IMG/VR virus record: IMGVR_UViG_3300046004_001292
Coordinates: 1,395 to 65,394 of that record
DNA length: 64,000 bases
Strand: one strand, 5' to 3'
Source: a virus
Lineage: Duplodnaviria; Caudoviricetes
Shown: positions 62,366-64,000 of the stretch, in pieces
Numbering within the stretch: the stretch's first letter is position 1
Layout: each line of letters starts with the position of its first letter
Notes under the pieces: model-generated
Seen by the model: only the letters and a program-made list of their open reading frames with translations
Database searches by the model: none
What the model was told of the DNA's origin: nothing
Translations under genes and position numbers: made by a program

Positions 62366-62844
62366 GAAAGCGTAGCAAGTACAAACCCCGGCAGATCATC
62401 CCGGACACCATGACGTGGGTGCGGGCGGGCCTGAAAAAAGTTGACGAGATCAGCGCAGGCACCACGCTCAAAATTCGCAACCACGATGCCATGAACAACC
62501 TGCGCCTTGGCGTGGCCGCGCGCTTTGACATCGACGCACTGATTGACGCTGCAAATATCACCGAAGCGCTGGCCAACCGGGGCATAGGTGCGGACTGGAA
62601 GCTGGAGATACGCGCTGGTCAAGATGCCATCCTTGCGCTGGCTCGCCGGGGTGTGGCTAACAACTTCCGCTTCATTGTCAAAGGCCCTGAGCTTGTGGCT
62701 TTGAACCTGCTCATGGAAGTCCACGATGCGCAGCTTGAGACCGTGACCGTCAAGCAGCTTGAGACCGCCATGGCCGATGTCATGGAGAGCTTGCGCTTGA
62801 AGAAGATGCGCCCTATTGTGGAGGCCCCACATGCAAGTGCTTGA
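62362..62844 (+). CDS. Hypothetical protein
   Basis: GTG start MRKRSKYKPR; AAGGAG RBS. Confidence 0.7.
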   Translation: MRKRSKYKPRQIIPDTMTWVRAGLKKVDEISAGTTLKIRNHDAMNNLRLGVAARFDIDALIDAANITEALANRGIGADWKLEIRAGQDAILALARRGVANNFRFIVKGPELVALNLLMEVHDAQLETVTVKQLETAMADVMESLRLKKMRPIVEAPHASA

Positions 62845-63136
62845 CCTCGTTCAGTTCGACCCCGACCGCAACTGTTTTGTTTTGAAAGGAACCCCCATGC
62901 CCGCACAGAAATGTAACTGCCACCCGTTTTCGCCCTTCCATTGGGCGCGCAACCACCAGCCCAGCGTGTTCGCGACCGACCTGCATTTTCGGGCCAAGGG
63001 CCTCAAGGAAAAGAGCGCTGCACAACACGTTGTGGACAGTGCCGAACGAGAGAAAAGATTGATTGCATACAAGCAGTTCGACGTATACTCCAAGGCTGGA
63101 CAAGGTGCAAAACGCACCAACAAACACGAGCAGTAA
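62831..63136 (+). CDS. Hypothetical protein
   Basis: GGAGG RBS before ATG 62831. Confidence 0.55.
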   Translation: MQVLDLVQFDPDRNCFVLKGTPMPAQKCNCHPFSPFHWARNHQPSVFATDLHFRAKGLKEKSAAQHVVDSAEREKRLIAYKQFDVYSKAGQGAKRTNKHEQ

Positions 63137-63155
63137 TAACTTCAGGAGTAGCAAC

Positions 63156-63395
63156 ATGACACAGACAACAGCCGACACCGTGCAGATCGGCGGCACGCAC
63201 TACAAAGACATGGGCATGCAGCCTTGGCATGTCATGGAGGCGGTACTCACGCCCGAAGAATTCAAAGGTTTCCTCAAAGGGAACATCATCAAATACGCCA
63301 TGCGTCAGGGCAAGAAAGAAGGCACTGACGACGGCAACAAAGCCCAGCACTACAAGATGAAGCTGGACGAAATTTGTAGCAAACACGAGAGCTGA
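63156..63395 (+). CDS. DUF3310 (SaV-like / T7 gp1.7-related) protein
   Basis: QIGGTHY...GFLKGNIIKY..R.GKK...D..KA.HY. Confidence 0.85.
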   Translation: MTQTTADTVQIGGTHYKDMGMQPWHVMEAVLTPEEFKGFLKGNIIKYAMRQGKKEGTDDGNKAQHYKMKLDEICSKHES

Positions 63396-63419
63396 GTTCA
63401 TGGTTGCACAACGCGTACA

Positions 63420-63530
63420 AGCCCGGTAGATGCGAGTACGTTTTGTCGGTGAGAGGGCGCTCAGCTCGCGTTACCCAACTCACCAACTCCTCACAGCGGC
63501 GGGGGCGCTGAATCTACCCATACCCCCGAC
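63420..63530 (+). ncRNA. Candidate structured RNA with multi-stem junction and pseudoknot
   Basis: Nested stems plus a loop-tail pairing CGGGGG/CCCCCG in a 165-nt intergenic gap. Confidence 0.5.
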
Positions 63531-63560
63531 CATTTACCAACACATCACGGAGAAGCAACC

Positions 63561-63866
63561 ATGGCATCAACGCCAGAAGCACTGGTCAAAAAGAAGATCA
63601 GAAAAATACTTGACGCCGAGGGCGTCTACTACGCCATGCCTATCGGCACGGGCTACGGCAACAGCGGCGTGCCCGACTTCCTGTGCTGCATTGGGGGGCG
63701 CTTTGTAGCCATCGAAGCCAAGGCAGGCAAAGGTAAAACCACCGCGCTGCAAGACGACAACATACGAAGAATCCGCGACGCGAAGGGCGCTGCCATGATT
63801 TTTAACGAAGAAAACCTTTACACGCTGGAGCCGTTGATTCACTTCATACGGGGGCGCGATGAATAA
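63561..63866 (+). CDS. VRR-NUC nuclease / Holliday-junction resolvase-like
   Basis: PE..VK, GVPD, IEAKAG and TALQ motifs. Confidence 0.88.
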   Translation: MASTPEALVKKKIRKILDAEGVYYAMPIGTGYGNSGVPDFLCCIGGRFVAIEAKAGKGKTTALQDDNIRRIRDAKGAAMIFNEENLYTLEPLIHFIRGRDE

Positions 63867-64000
63867 AGACATTGCAAATAAAGCGGTGGAGGCCATCACG
63901 AAGGCCGCGCAGGACATGACCACGCAACAGAAGGAACACTTCGCCAGCGTGCTGACGTTGCTGGCAACGTGTTATGGAAAAGATGCGACGTTCGGCCCCA
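63859..64000 (+). CDS. Hypothetical protein, 3' truncated
   Basis: ATG at 63859; the frame is open to the window end. Confidence 0.5.
   Translation, partial: MNKDIANKAVEAITKAAQDMTTQQKEHFASVLTLLATCYGKDATFGP

Noticed and set aside
1-64000. Alternative genetic code or stop-codon recoding
   Set aside because: Core genes are full length under the standard code, with tight start/stop coupling.

Overview
The window is almost the whole genome of a GC-rich, P22/podovirus-like tailed dsDNA phage, circularly permuted: the family A DNA polymerase is cut at position 1. The host is not determinable from the sequence. There are three modules. (i) A + strand replication module (1-10136): PolA, PD-(D/E)XK exonuclease, HNH, SNF2 helicase, SSB-like protein, HTH, primase-helicase. 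(ii) A - strand late module (48216 down to 10130): TerS, TerL, portal, GroES-like co-chaperonin, scaffold, major capsid, a cluster of small basic genes, adaptors, tail fibres, lysis genes, tail nozzle and four large putative ejection proteins. (iii) A + strand early/accessory module (48590-64000): many small ORFs, a MoxR-type AAA+ ATPase with a metallopeptidase-vWA partner, DUF3310 and VRR-NUC. I saw no integrase, tRNA or CRISPR array. The most notable signals are: a short [MFYL]-x-x-G-G peptide tag repeated across ejection proteins and small late proteins (candidate sorting/processing system); a Q/G/F/M prion-like repeat protein in that cluster; two intergenic pseudoknotted RNA candidates; eight GTGAGAC-N5/6-GTCTCAC palindromes in the early region plus a second operator family; a T4-holin-T-like protein; a DnaA-box-like candidate origin; and a module-shuffling cassette at 61-62.4 kb. 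All family assignments come from motif recognition by eye, not from database searches.
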